Below are positions 38,804 through 48,973 of a DNA stretch of 64,000 nt, one piece after another. The translations under genes were made by a program, and so were the position numbers. Under the pieces are notes generated by a model that saw only the letters and a list, made by a program, of their open reading frames with translations, had not been told where the DNA came from and made no database searches. How positions within the stretch are numbered: position 1 is the stretch's first letter; the number at the start of each line of letters is the position of its first letter. The DNA comes from Coprothermobacterota bacterium (GTDB lineage: Bacteria > Coprothermobacterota > Coprothermobacteria > Coprothermobacterales > Coprothermobacteraceae): NCBI GenBank assembly GCA_036679065.1, contig JAZIGN010000003.1, positions 288,001 to 352,000 of the forward strand. The letters are read 5' to 3'.

Positions 38804-39298
38804 CTAGACCAGCAGCTTCTTCTTTTTTAGCTCTTCCACTAGATCAATGTCTCTGTCTGCAGGTGTCCTTTTGGGAGTGATACGATAGCCATAGGCCGCA
38901 ATCTTTTGGTAGGCTTGGGCATCTTCTGGCGTTGCGGCTATCCATGGGAATACCATTACAGGCTTTGTTCCTGGAACAGGCGCCTGATTTCCCACGTTTA
39001 CTGATTCAAACTTCAACCCACCGTCTAAAAGTCCTAAGGCATCTTGAGGTGTTTTGGCAATGACTAGCGCTGCCCCAGGCTGATTTTCTAGTGTTTTCAA
39101 ATAATCTACGGCTTCTTTCACTCCCAACACTTTGGTAGGAAGACCCCTGGCAGCTTGAGGCAGCATGACCTTTTGTATGGGATCAACAGCAACTTTGTCG
39201 TTTACTACTGCGATCATATTCGCTCTGTAGAAAGAACACCACGTAACTGTTACCTGACCGTGTATGAGTCTGTTGTCAATGTGAAGATGTAATTTCAC
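38804..39298 (-). CDS. PTS mannose-family IIB
   Basis: IDNRLIHGQV (phospho-His), VNVG. Confidence 0.9.
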   Translation of the reverse strand: MKLHLHIDNRLIHGQVTVTWCSFYRANMIAVVNDKVAVDPIQKVMLPQAARGLPTKVLGVKEAVDYLKTLENQPGAALVIAKTPQDALGLLDGGLKFESVNVGNQAPVPGTKPVMVFPWIAATPEDAQAYQKIAAYGYRITPKRTPADRDIDLVEELKKKKLLV

Positions 39299-39323
39299 TT
39301 ATACCAACCTCCTTGAGCGAATG

Positions 39324-39734
39324 TTAGCTGTTTTCAAGTGAAGCCCTGAGCAGTTGGGTGAGATTTTTTATGGATTCAACGCCTGAAGTCATAGCGTTAG
39401 CCGAAAGCTCTTGAAGAGAACTACTTTCTCTAAAGCTTACTATCTCCAGTAGCATGGGCAGATTAACGCCCGTAATTACTTCCACATTTTCGTTTAGTAG
39501 ATAAGCTGCAGCGTTACTGGGGGAGGCACCAAACATATCTACAAAAACCAGTACGCCGCTACCGTCGTCAAGTATCTTAACAGCATTTAAGATTCTTTCT
39601 TTGAGCTCATCGATGCTGTCGCCTTCCTTTAAAGACACAAAATCCACCTTTTCTTGGGGTCCGGCTATCATCTGCATAGCATCCAATAATCCTTCTCCCA
39701 ATCTGCCATGGGTCACAATTAACATTCCTACCAT
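39324..39734 (-). CDS. PTS mannose-family IIA
   Basis: VTHG, DMFGASP.N, GVNLPML. Confidence 0.92.
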   Translation of the reverse strand: MVGMLIVTHGRLGEGLLDAMQMIAGPQEKVDFVSLKEGDSIDELKERILNAVKILDDGSGVLVFVDMFGASPSNAAAYLLNENVEVITGVNLPMLLEIVSFRESSSLQELSANAMTSGVESIKNLTQLLRASLENS

Positions 39735-39754
39735 GTTTCACTTTTCCTTTCTCT

Positions 39755-41389
39755 TTAAGCTAAGATTCCAAGAGCACCGCACACAATACCAATGACTACC
39801 AGCAGGAACAGTATCTGCAGAATGCTCCATTTTCTGGAACGTAGCAGCCAATAAACTAAGAAGACAAAGGTCAGTGGCAGTAAATAGGGCAGTAGCTGGT
39901 CGAGGAATGTCTGTATCTCTACAACTTGTTCTACAGCTTTCCCTTCTATGGTAACAGTTCTAGCGAATTTCAAAGGTGTTTTCACCGAAGCTAAGATGGA
40001 TGGAATAAAGCCACCCATGACTCCCAAAGCGAACATACTTGCAAGGTCTGTAATAGTGGTGAGCGCTCTGCTACCCGCTGTCTTTACCAAGTTTATACCC
40101 TGGTTGTATCCTAGCCAAAAACCGGGGAACATTACGTAGAAGTAGATGAATCCTAAGATCAACATAAGAACAGCACCAAACCAGTTTCCACTTAAGGCCA
40201 TGCTAGCAGCAAACACCGCGAAGATAGGCTTCATAAGAATGGCTGCAATAGTGTCTCCTATACCAGCCAAGGGTCCCATTAATGCAATCTTTATGCTGTC
40301 TGCCACTTCTGGCTGTTTTTGCTCTTCCAAAGCACAAGCTGCCCCAAAAATTGTTGGGGAACCGATAAATGGGTTTGTGTTGTAAAAATTCAGGTGCCTT
40401 TTAATGGCTTCGAAGTATTCATCTTCATTGGGATAAACTTTCTTGAGTATTGGCATAACAGAATAAGCGAAGCCGAGGGCTTGCATTCTTTCGTAGTTCC
40501 AAGACAGCTGAAGAGTAAAGTTGTGCCTTAGCATAGCTGTTACGAGATCACGACGTGTCACATTAGTTTCTTCTAGGGGTTGAGGCCCTGTAACAAGTTC
40601 TTCTTCACCCATTGCTTCGGCTTGTACACTTTCTACTCGCTCAACGCGGGTAGACAAGTAATTGTAAATAGCTACCACAGCGAGTACGGCAAGCATGATG
40701 CCAATAAGTGGCATCTTTAGATAAGCGAATAGGACAAAGCCGAGGATGAAGAATCCCCAGTACTTAGGCAGTGGCAGGTATGTGAGCAGTATGCCAAAAC
40801 CTAAAGCTGGCAACAGGTGGCCCATAGCCGTAAAGCCATTGGTCAACCAAGCAGGAATGACAGAAACCAAGTTTTGAATGGGTCCTGCTCCAAGCCAGAT
40901 AGCAAAGAACAGTGGTATGGCTCGGCTAAGTCCCCAAGGTAATTGACCTAGCCAGTGCATCCAAACAATACCTCGTTCGTTGTGAGTCTCTGCATAATGA
41001 TCTGCACCGTGAATAAACACTGTGGTAACGGTTCTTCCCAAAATATCTAGCTGAGTCATTAGTAGAGACACAGGTACTGCGACGGCTATTCCTTGTGTTA
41101 TAGCCACTGAAAGTGGCTCATTGGACAATGCAGCTACAGCTGTACCGACGATAGCACCAGTCATGTAGTCTGGAATGGTGGCACCGCCGTACGTCCACAG
41201 ACCTAAAGACATGAGTTCCAGAGTTCCTCCTATGGCTAAGCCGAGAGGAACGTCTCCAACAATGAGTCCAGTGAACAAACCCGCGACAATGGGGTCAGCG
41301 AACTGCCATGCAGGGCCTAGATGAGCAAGAATGGCAAAGTAACCATAGAGAGCTAATAGTAATGCAATTCCTACACTGTAACCTTCCAT
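39755..41389 (-). CDS. PTS mannose-family IIC-IID fusion permease
   Basis: IIC motifs (GGTLEL, GGATIPD, LPALGF) then IID motifs (WNYERMQ, FYNTNP, MGPLAGIGD) in one ORF. Confidence 0.9.
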   Translation of the reverse strand: MEGYSVGIALLLALYGYFAILAHLGPAWQFADPIVAGLFTGLIVGDVPLGLAIGGTLELMSLGLWTYGGATIPDYMTGAIVGTAVAALSNEPLSVAITQGIAVAVPVSLLMTQLDILGRTVTTVFIHGADHYAETHNERGIVWMHWLGQLPWGLSRAIPLFFAIWLGAGPIQNLVSVIPAWLTNGFTAMGHLLPALGFGILLTYLPLPKYWGFFILGFVLFAYLKMPLIGIMLAVLAVVAIYNYLSTRVERVESVQAEAMGEEELVTGPQPLEETNVTRRDLVTAMLRHNFTLQLSWNYERMQALGFAYSVMPILKKVYPNEDEYFEAIKRHLNFYNTNPFIGSPTIFGAACALEEQKQPEVADSIKIALMGPLAGIGDTIAAILMKPIFAVFAASMALSGNWFGAVLMLILGFIYFYVMFPGFWLGYNQGINLVKTAGSRALTTITDLASMFALGVMGGFIPSILASVKTPLKFARTVTIEGKAVEQVVEIQTFLDQLLPYLLPLTFVFLVYWLLRSRKWSILQILFLLVVIGIVCGALGILA

Positions 41390-41534
41390 TGATACTACAC
41401 CTCCCTGTGAATGGATTGCGCCCTGTTGTGGGCGTTACACCGTGTACGTGTGTCAGGATCCACCTCCTTGGAGGCGTTACACTGTTCTACAACCTCCAAT
41501 GATAATTGTAATATAAGTGCAACAAAAGTTAGCT

Positions 41535-42290
41535 TTATAAATTCTTTATTCTTGTTAAATACTTTTCGATTACACTTTGGTTATATTCATCAACCTCTTG
41601 CTTGTTCGCCATAAGAGAACCGTTGAAGTAGACATCTGGAGTAAAGCCGCCATCAAGAAGGTTTTTTACGGTTTGAACAACAAGCGAATGCATTATAAAA
41701 GATCCTGCGATAGTGGACAGAGCACCAACACCCATGGGTAAACCCTCAAAAGTCAATGCTGCATCGCCGATAGGGCAGCAATTATCAATGGCCACAGTGG
41801 AATAATCTTTCAATTTCTTGCCAGAGGAATGCAAAGATCGCAAATAATCTGAGTACTGCATCGATGTTATGGCTATAACATTTACGTCCCTTTCTTGACA
41901 TGCTTTAGCTACTTCAATAGGGACAGCGTTGTTACCAGAATTGGAGATGACTACGAGGACATCTGGGGGCGCTATGCGGTGATAATCAACAATGATTCTA
42001 CCGATGCCTTCTAGCTTTTCTAAATACTCTGACTTTGTTATTTCCTGATGTCCAGTCAAACTTGGTTCTAAGATGGCATGAATGTTTGCCAGCGTTGCTC
42101 CGCGCCAAAACACATCTTCAGCCACCAAGTGCGAGTGGCCAACGCCAAAAGTGTGTATGATACCATCACTTCTTGTGCATGTAGCCAAGATATTCGCAGC
42201 TTTTAGCAAGTTCTCGCGCTGGGTATTGGTGATCTGTGTAAGGATGTTGCTCACAACGTTCAAATAGTCGTTCAGGGGATCCCTTTTCAT
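41535..42290 (-). CDS. Single SIS-domain sugar isomerase (paralog of 38010-38720)
   Basis: FGVGHS, SNSGNN, HSSGKKL. Confidence 0.85.
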   Translation of the reverse strand: MKRDPLNDYLNVVSNILTQITNTQRENLLKAANILATCTRSDGIIHTFGVGHSHLVAEDVFWRGATLANIHAILEPSLTGHQEITKSEYLEKLEGIGRIIVDYHRIAPPDVLVVISNSGNNAVPIEVAKACQERDVNVIAITSMQYSDYLRSLHSSGKKLKDYSTVAIDNCCPIGDAALTFEGLPMGVGALSTIAGSFIMHSLVVQTVKNLLDGGFTPDVYFNGSLMANKQEVDEYNQSVIEKYLTRIKNL

Positions 42291-42508
42291 TTTGCACCTC
42301 CTAGTTACCTTGATTGTACATTGGCATCCTTATATATGGTGGTTAAAAACATTGTCCTAGTGTTTATCCGTAGAATTGTTCTATTCCACTGAGTTGAATG
42401 TATCATTTTGTGGAATATTTTCACGAAGAACTGGTAATATACTTTTTAGATGGGTTCAACAAAAGAACCCATACAAGAAACCATTCACGATTGAGGAGGT
42501 GTTTAACC

Positions 42509-42748
42509 TTGGCAGAGGTAAAACCAGATTACACATTGGACATGAAAGGCGAAGTTTGCCCGGTTCCGGACGTGGAGACCAGAAGGAAACTAAAGACCAT
42601 GAAGAGCGGCGAAATTCTCGAGGTTCTTATTGATTACCCGCTTTCTAAGGAACGCATTCCGGCTAGTGCTCCCAAAGAGGGAGGAGAAGTACTAAGCATT
42701 GAGGAAACTGGCCCTAGCGAATGGCGCATCGTCATCAGGAAAAAGTAG
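42509..42748 (+). CDS. TusA/SirA/YeeD sulfur carrier
   Basis: LDMKGEVCPVP (CPxP); GGAGGT RBS before TTG 42509. Confidence 0.88.
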   Translation: MAEVKPDYTLDMKGEVCPVPDVETRRKLKTMKSGEILEVLIDYPLSKERIPASAPKEGGEVLSIEETGPSEWRIVIRKK

Positions 42749-42794
42749 TAGCACACACGAATTGTGAATCACCTTTAGAAAGGGAGGTACAACC

Positions 42795-43793
42795 ATGCAA
42801 GGCACGTTGATTGGTGGACTCATTGTTGGTCTTCTATTTGGTTTCCTGCTTCAGCGTTCCAGAATGTGCTTTAACTCTGCTATTAGGGATGTTCGTTATT
42901 TTAAAGACAATTGGTTGTGGAAACAAGGACTAATGGCAATTGCAGTGGAGACTATTGGGTTCCAGCTGATGGCTGCTTTAGGAGTAATTAAACTGAACCC
43001 ATCAGCATTCATCCCTGCTGCCCAGATTGTAGGAGGGTTCGCATTCGGTATGGGTATGGTTCTAGCAGGAGGCTGTGCGAGTGGTGTTACTTACAGAATA
43101 GGTGAGGGGAATGCCGTAGCGATCATTGCTGCCACTTTTTATGCCCTTTTCGCCGGAGCTGCCAGAAATGGAAAACTAAAATCGATTACCGCTCTGTTTG
43201 GCAAACCCATCACTGTTACCATGGAGAATCCAGGGGTTTACGCTGCCAAAGAGGGACGGGTAGCCCCAACGGTTGCTAACTTGCTGGGTATCGATCCGTG
43301 GATTGTCGCCATTGTTTTTGCTTTGATCATCTTTGCGTATTTGTTCTTCACCAAGACTTCTGAGAGAAAAGCACCTATGCACTGGACTGTGGGTGGAATT
43401 CTAATTGGTCTTGTGGGTATGCTGGCTTATTGGTCTAACCAGAGTTACAGTTTAGGTATTACCGGTGGTTGGATTAACTTATTTACTGCCACTTTAACAG
43501 ATGCACCTTACAACTGGATCGGTATGGAAGTTTTAGGCATTATGATTGGTGCTTTTATTGCCGCTTCCATCTTTAAGGAGTTCAAGATCCGCTTCCCGAA
43601 AGATCCCAAAGCTTATGTTTATGCTGTCATAGGTGGCGCTTTGATGGGTTGGGGCGCTGGTGTGGCAGGAGGTTGCAACATTGGGCACTTCTTGAGTGGT
43701 GTGCCTCATTTAGCAATCAGTTCTCTTCTGGCTACTGTATTCTTCATAGTTGGTAACTGGTTCATGTACTGGTTGCTTTACGGGAGGGATTAG
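42795..43793 (+). CDS. YeeE/YedE sulfur-compound transporter
   Basis: SRMCF, LAGGCASG, AGGCNIG Cys motifs; multiple TM segments. Confidence 0.9.
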   Translation: MQGTLIGGLIVGLLFGFLLQRSRMCFNSAIRDVRYFKDNWLWKQGLMAIAVETIGFQLMAALGVIKLNPSAFIPAAQIVGGFAFGMGMVLAGGCASGVTYRIGEGNAVAIIAATFYALFAGAARNGKLKSITALFGKPITVTMENPGVYAAKEGRVAPTVANLLGIDPWIVAIVFALIIFAYLFFTKTSERKAPMHWTVGGILIGLVGMLAYWSNQSYSLGITGGWINLFTATLTDAPYNWIGMEVLGIMIGAFIAASIFKEFKIRFPKDPKAYVYAVIGGALMGWGAGVAGGCNIGHFLSGVPHLAISSLLATVFFIVGNWFMYWLLYGRD

Positions 43794-43795
43794 TA

Positions 43796-44149
43796 ATGCA
43801 CATCGTTTTGCAGGTAATTAATCCGCCTTATAGCTATGAGGATATGGATAGTGCTATAAAAATAGCTGATGCGGCTTTGAAGAAAGGTCACAAGGTATCC
43901 ATCTTTCTATTCGCTGATTCAGTGCTTTCCGTGAATACCAAAGTTAAACCCATCAGAATAGACAGGAATATACCAAATCTGCTCAAAGACTTGGCTGACA
44001 GGGGAGCGGAGATTCACATCTGCGGACTTTGCTTCGAATATCGTGGGCTGGACATTGAAGCTGCCACGCCAGGGGCTGAGCTTAGCGGTGTACCTGAGAT
44101 GGCTACTCTACTTGCCACAGCAGATCGCTATGTCAACTTCGCAGTGTAG
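43796..44149 (+). CDS. DsrE/TusD family sulfurtransferase
   Basis: PY, IFLFADSV, ICGLC..RG. Confidence 0.85.
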   Translation: MHIVLQVINPPYSYEDMDSAIKIADAALKKGHKVSIFLFADSVLSVNTKVKPIRIDRNIPNLLKDLADRGAEIHICGLCFEYRGLDIEAATPGAELSGVPEMATLLATADRYVNFAV

Positions 44150-44152
44150 GAG

Positions 44153-44521
44153 GTGGCTAGAATGAAAAAAGTGTTGTTTGCAGTTTATCAATCCCCTGTG
44201 GGTTCCATTTGGGTAAATGAGGTATTTAGGTGCGTCTTCGGTATGTATGCTGAGGACATAGAGCCTGCCGTTTTGCTGGTACGCGATGCGGTTATTGCTT
44301 TGAATAAAGAAACCAAACCAGAACATCTTGGTTTGCTTCCACTAAGCACCACGTTTAAGTACATTGAACGCTATGAAACAAAAGTTTATGCTGTGAAAGA
44401 GTGTTTGGATTGGCGAAAGATAAATGAAGAGGACATCGATCCTAGGTGGCACGCTGAACTCATATCAGAAAAGGACTTGCCAAAGCTTTTGCACGAGTAC
44501 GATACCGTGCTGTGGTTTTAA
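44153..44521 (+). CDS. DsrF/TusC family protein
   Basis: SPVGS, DAV, position between DsrE and DsrH homologs. Confidence 0.75.
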   Translation: MARMKKVLFAVYQSPVGSIWVNEVFRCVFGMYAEDIEPAVLLVRDAVIALNKETKPEHLGLLPLSTTFKYIERYETKVYAVKECLDWRKINEEDIDPRWHAELISEKDLPKLLHEYDTVLWF

Positions 44522-44537
44522 GAAGGAGGTGCCAGTG

Positions 44538-44825
44538 ATGTCGCTAATAATGGTGAAATTCAGCCCAAACGGAAAAATGCTGAACTCGCTGCTCTTTGAT
44601 GCTGCCATGGCCGGGGACGATTTGCTGCTCATACAGGACGGCGTGTTTTACGCAGTAGCTAAGCCAGAACTTCTGGACGAACTAAAAGAGCGCGGCGTGA
44701 ATGTTTACGCTTGCAAAGACGACTTGATTGCGCGTGGTTACGATCCAAGCACGGTAAACGCAAATGTGGTGGACTACGAAGGCATTGTAGACCTGATTGA
44801 GAAAAACCCAAAGATAATAAGCTAA
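44538..44825 (+). CDS. DsrH/TusB family protein
   Basis: LLLIQDGVF, DLIARG, VDY...VDL. Confidence 0.85.
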   Translation: MSLIMVKFSPNGKMLNSLLFDAAMAGDDLLLIQDGVFYAVAKPELLDELKERGVNVYACKDDLIARGYDPSTVNANVVDYEGIVDLIEKNPKIIS

Positions 44826-44887
44826 ATAAGCTAAAGGCTGACAACCTTTTTGCATAACGTTTTGGTGTGCGTTGAGATGCAGGGGAA

Positions 44888-44920
44888 GGGCTCCTCACCA
44901 AAGATGAGGAGCCCTTTTTT
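44888..44920 (+). terminator. Intrinsic terminator
   Basis: GGGCTCCTCA...TGAGGAGCCC followed by T6. Confidence 0.85.
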
Positions 44921-44934
44921 ATTTCTCTACATTG

Positions 44935-46113
44935 CTATCGTGCTAAGGCTCTTGACATACCTTCCAAAGCTTGCTTAAGTAGTGTGCGAGGCATAGCATA
45001 GTTCACTCTTAGGAATCCTTCTCCTCCAGGACCGAACATGGTTCCTTCTTCCACGGCAACTTTTCCATCATGCAGTAACTTCTGGCTTACTTCAGCGCAG
45101 CTCATATGGAGCTGCCTTATGTCAAACCACGCTAGGTAGGTTCCCTCTGGTTCTATTACACTTACCGTAGGTAGGTTTTCCTGTAGAAACGTCTTTATGA
45201 ATTGCAAGTTTTCCTGCAGATACTCAAGAAGCAAATCAAGCCATGGCTCACCCCAACTGTATGCTGCCTTGGTGGCCACGATCGCAAACAGATTTGTTTT
45301 GTTCAATGCTAAAGCGAACATGGCTTCTCTAAATGTTTTTCTTAACTGTTCATCGGGAATGAACAGATTTGTGTTTTCTAAACCTGCCAAATTAAAGGTT
45401 TTGCTGACTGATGTTGCAGTGACTGTGCGTTTCGCTAGCTCTGGCGCTACATTAAGAAGGGGGTGGTGAACGTAGGAAGGGAAGACAAAATCTGCCCAGA
45501 GTTCGTCGTCAAAGATTACCACATCTTCATATTTGCTGAGTACATCTGCAAGTCCTTTGAGTTCTTCTTTGGTCCAAACACGTCCCACAGGATTATGTGG
45601 GCTGCAAAAAATGAACATTTTTGCTCCTTGACTTAATTGTTTATCTAAATCTTCCAAATTCATGCTGTAACGACCATTGTTGTTGAGCATTAGCTGGTTG
45701 TACAGCACTTGCCTCCCTGCTAGCCTTATGGTTCTTTCAAAAGGTGGGTAAACGGGTGGCTGGATGATAATACCATCTCCTGGCGAGGTAAAGGTTCTTA
45801 CAGCTACGCTAAGAGCAGAGATGGTACCTGGTGAAGTAACAATCCAATCATGCTTCACGTTCCAGCCGTGACGCCTTTGCCACCATCGGGCTACCTCTGT
45901 GTAGTATTCTTCATCTACAGTGGTATAACCAAACATGCCATGCTGAGCCCGCTCTTTAATGGCTTCCACCACTTCGGGAGGACTTCTAAAGTCCATGTCT
46001 GCTACCCACATGGGAATCGCATCATCGGTGCCATAAACGTTCTTAAGTCCATCCCATTTGCTGGAGTTGGTACCTCTACGGTCAATGATTTGGTCGAAAA
46101 AGCTTTTATCCAA
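44935..46113 (-). CDS. MalY/PatB PLP-dependent C-S lyase
   Basis: PMWVADMDF, CSPHNPVG, SKTFNLAG, EGTYLAW. Confidence 0.9.
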   Translation of the reverse strand: MDKSFFDQIIDRRGTNSSKWDGLKNVYGTDDAIPMWVADMDFRSPPEVVEAIKERAQHGMFGYTTVDEEYYTEVARWWQRRHGWNVKHDWIVTSPGTISALSVAVRTFTSPGDGIIIQPPVYPPFERTIRLAGRQVLYNQLMLNNNGRYSMNLEDLDKQLSQGAKMFIFCSPHNPVGRVWTKEELKGLADVLSKYEDVVIFDDELWADFVFPSYVHHPLLNVAPELAKRTVTATSVSKTFNLAGLENTNLFIPDEQLRKTFREAMFALALNKTNLFAIVATKAAYSWGEPWLDLLLEYLQENLQFIKTFLQENLPTVSVIEPEGTYLAWFDIRQLHMSCAEVSQKLLHDGKVAVEEGTMFGPGGEGFLRVNYAMPRTLLKQALEGMSRALAR

Positions 46114-46346
46114 CTAAAACACCTCCCAAAGTCCATTCTACTATGGACGTAATTCTGAGCGTCCAACACTTTTCATTGTGCGAGCTTGCTTTACTCAATA
46201 GCCTCTTTAGGAATGGTAAAAAGCGTCAAGATGTAATTTAAAATGGAAATACTTGTGGCAAAATGAGTTCTTACAGCTAAGAATGTAGAGCGATATTAAT
46301 TCTTAATTGTATTGCACTAGCAGGTTTTTGCAGGAGGTGAAGGCTG

Positions 46347-48035
46347 GTGACTACGCTTGTGTTGGTTTTTGTCTTGTGCGCTGTGGCCTCTGGGCTGTTA
46401 TCTCTTATACGTACAAGGTGGAGTCAGGTTCTGAGTTTGCTGATTGGCCTACTTGCTACAGGCTATGGCTGTTTCTACGGACTGGGTATTGCAGCCGAAC
46501 ACATTCAGTTTTCTGTGTACAAAGCCAACATATCTTTTATTTGGACTGGTATTGCTAGAGTTTTGTGGCCCACGGTGCTCGTTACGCTGATTTTAGTTTA
46601 TGTGGCTTTGTTTGACCTCAAGGAGAAACATTGGATTGAGCAGTTCGTTGCTCTTAGTTTGATTGGCAGCATGGGTATCTTCTTAGTACTCACCTCCAGA
46701 ACTTATCTTTCCATGTTTTTGGCGTGGGAAGTTATGCTTTGGTCTGGATTTTTCATTGTGCGATTGACCACACATGGAAAAGATGTTGTGAAAGCTAGCT
46801 TGGTTAGCAATCTTTTTTGGTCAACCTTATTCTTGATCGCAGTCATTCTGCTTTCTGCATACGGTTGGGATTCCAGTTATGGCGCCGTTGCAGAAAAGTT
46901 GGCTTCCTTCAATGTGCCATCGATGTTTGGGTTACTGCTTCTTTTCCTGGTGTTTCTTAGCAACATGGGCGTGTTCCCGTTTCACTTTTCGATGGAACGC
47001 ACGTTGGAAAGTGTGGATCCTGTTGCTGCTGCTTACCTCTCGGGAGCTACAACCAAGGCAGGGCTTTTCGGTATGTTATCCATGTCTTTGTTTACCGGAG
47101 CGGAATGGCTTTCGCACTTTGGGTCTTTGGTTTCTTTGCCTGTTGGAAGTTTGGTAATTGGCGGCGTGGTAATAGCTGGAGCGGTATACTTCACCCATAA
47201 GGCTTTGAAATCTGACGATTATCTAACCTTACTCAGTTACATTTCCAGCCTACAGCTCTCTTATGTTGCGATCATATTGCCCTTCATGCCCATGGAAGTT
47301 GATTATTTGCCTGCTGCATTCATAGGTACTGTTATGATGGCCTATGCTCACAGTTTGTCCCAGACTGGTTTGTATGTGGCAGCTGGCTGGTCTACGGAAA
47401 ATAGCTTGTCTACTGAAGGTGAAGAGACTAAAGAGTCAGTGGAGCAATTACCTCTATGGCGTAGGATGCCTTACACCAGTGTTTTGTCTTTGATCACTGG
47501 TTTATCTGCCATTGGTTTGCCACCTTTAATTGGGTTCGGTGCTTTATACATGATTTACACAGCCTTCTTCGAGATGAATCTTTATGTGCTTCCTGGTTTG
47601 CTCCTGCTAGTTACCTTGTGTTTACTACTTTGCACGATAAAGTATCTTGGTGGCTTCCTTCTCGTTAAGAAACCCAGCGGCATTCGCGAAAGAGGCATTG
47701 TGAGCATGTTGGTAAGCATTTTGACCAGCGTCGGAATTCTGGGTTTAGGTGTTTTCAATACCAGCTTACAAAAACTACTAAGCAAACCTCTCAAGTCCTT
47801 GTCGGAATTTTTTGTGTTTGATTTCAACACACAAACCGCTGCGGGTAGTTGGAATAGTTTGTACGTTTTCGCCATTCTGATAGCGGCAGTGCTCATGGCA
47901 GCCTTGGTATGGAGTTTTGGCTCTAGCGAGGAAGCAGGTGGATCTACCAATTCCAATAGCGAAGAAAGTTCTCCTGATTTGCCTGCTGCAGTTCATGACT
48001 CTGATGAGTTTCCAAAAGAAGGTGATAACCTATGA
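46347..48035 (+). CDS. Proton-translocating antiporter-like membrane subunit (NuoL/M/N, MrpD, HyfB family), divergent
   Basis: AWEVM, GVFPFH, LSGATTKAG, AH, GLPPLIGF; many TM segments. Confidence 0.75.
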   Translation: MTTLVLVFVLCAVASGLLSLIRTRWSQVLSLLIGLLATGYGCFYGLGIAAEHIQFSVYKANISFIWTGIARVLWPTVLVTLILVYVALFDLKEKHWIEQFVALSLIGSMGIFLVLTSRTYLSMFLAWEVMLWSGFFIVRLTTHGKDVVKASLVSNLFWSTLFLIAVILLSAYGWDSSYGAVAEKLASFNVPSMFGLLLLFLVFLSNMGVFPFHFSMERTLESVDPVAAAYLSGATTKAGLFGMLSMSLFTGAEWLSHFGSLVSLPVGSLVIGGVVIAGAVYFTHKALKSDDYLTLLSYISSLQLSYVAIILPFMPMEVDYLPAAFIGTVMMAYAHSLSQTGLYVAAGWSTENSLSTEGEETKESVEQLPLWRRMPYTSVLSLITGLSAIGLPPLIGFGALYMIYTAFFEMNLYVLPGLLLLVTLCLLLCTIKYLGGFLLVKKPSGIRERGIVSMLVSILTSVGILGLGVFNTSLQKLLSKPLKSLSEFFVFDFNTQTAAGSWNSLYVFAILIAAVLMAALVWSFGSSEEAGGSTNSNSEESSPDLPAAVHDSDEFPKEGDNL

Positions 48036-48949
48036 CCATAGAGAATATTTTGGGTGCCTTTGTCCTTTTACTGCTACCGCTGTTTTTCATGTTCGTTGGC
48101 CTTTTTCTTGTTGGCGTTTTTCAGTGGTTGAGGAACTTGAGTAAGCCAACCGACCAGCATGTGCCTTTCTGGAAGCCTTTTATGGATGTGGTAGCTTTTT
48201 TCAAGGAGCCTTCTACCGATTTGGGTTGGCTACCAAACCTCCTGTTTATTCTTGCCTTGGCAGTGCCTGTATTCTTGTTATGGCTGCTTCCGTTTGCTTC
48301 TGTGCCTACCATGGCAGTTCACGGCGATCTCTTAGTTGTGAGCTTTGGGCTATTTGCCAGCTCTTTGCTTATGGATCTGGCGGCAAAGTCGTTCCTAGAA
48401 ACTTCTGATGACTGCCAGCACGCTCATGGATGGAACGTTTGGGCTGTTGATTTGTCTTTGATCCTTGTGGCTTTCGTTGTGGCAGCTACTGTGGGGTCGC
48501 TGAAGCTTACTGACATCGTGAATGTGCAGTGGGGAGACATAATAAGTGGTAGCAGCCCTAGTGCTTTTAGTTTCAAAGATTGGCTAATTGGTAAACTGCC
48601 TTTAGCAGGGTTGCTGGGTATTGTTTCTTTGGGGGTTTATCTTGCAAACATTACTCAACTGTTCAGACAACAGTATTTGGAAAGTTTCCATAAGGGTGTT
48701 AGTAAATACGCCGGGATGCAGCTCTTAACGTCTTCTTTGAACGTTGCTGTGAGATTGATTCTCTATTCTCTACTGTTCTTGGGCCCCGGCTCTGTTTTAG
48801 TTACTACTCTGAAAGTACTAATGGTTTTTGTCCCTTCTGCTTTAATTGGCATGCTTGTCTCTATGGTGTCTTCAGCAAAACTCATGGGGTACTTAAATAC
48901 TTTGGTGGTTGTTCTGTCGTTTATTAGTCTGGTATTGACATCTTTATGA
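48032..48949 (+). CDS. NuoH/HycD-like membrane subunit, divergent
   Basis: PF.D....KE, GDLL, GSL.L.DIV..Q; ATGA-coupled to the upstream gene. Confidence 0.6.
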   Translation: MTIENILGAFVLLLLPLFFMFVGLFLVGVFQWLRNLSKPTDQHVPFWKPFMDVVAFFKEPSTDLGWLPNLLFILALAVPVFLLWLLPFASVPTMAVHGDLLVVSFGLFASSLLMDLAAKSFLETSDDCQHAHGWNVWAVDLSLILVAFVVAATVGSLKLTDIVNVQWGDIISGSSPSAFSFKDWLIGKLPLAGLLGIVSLGVYLANITQLFRQQYLESFHKGVSKYAGMQLLTSSLNVAVRLILYSLLFLGPGSVLVTTLKVLMVFVPSALIGMLVSMVSSAKLMGYLNTLVVVLSFISLVLTSL

Positions 48950-48973
48950 CCTAACAATAGGAGGTATGAAGGT

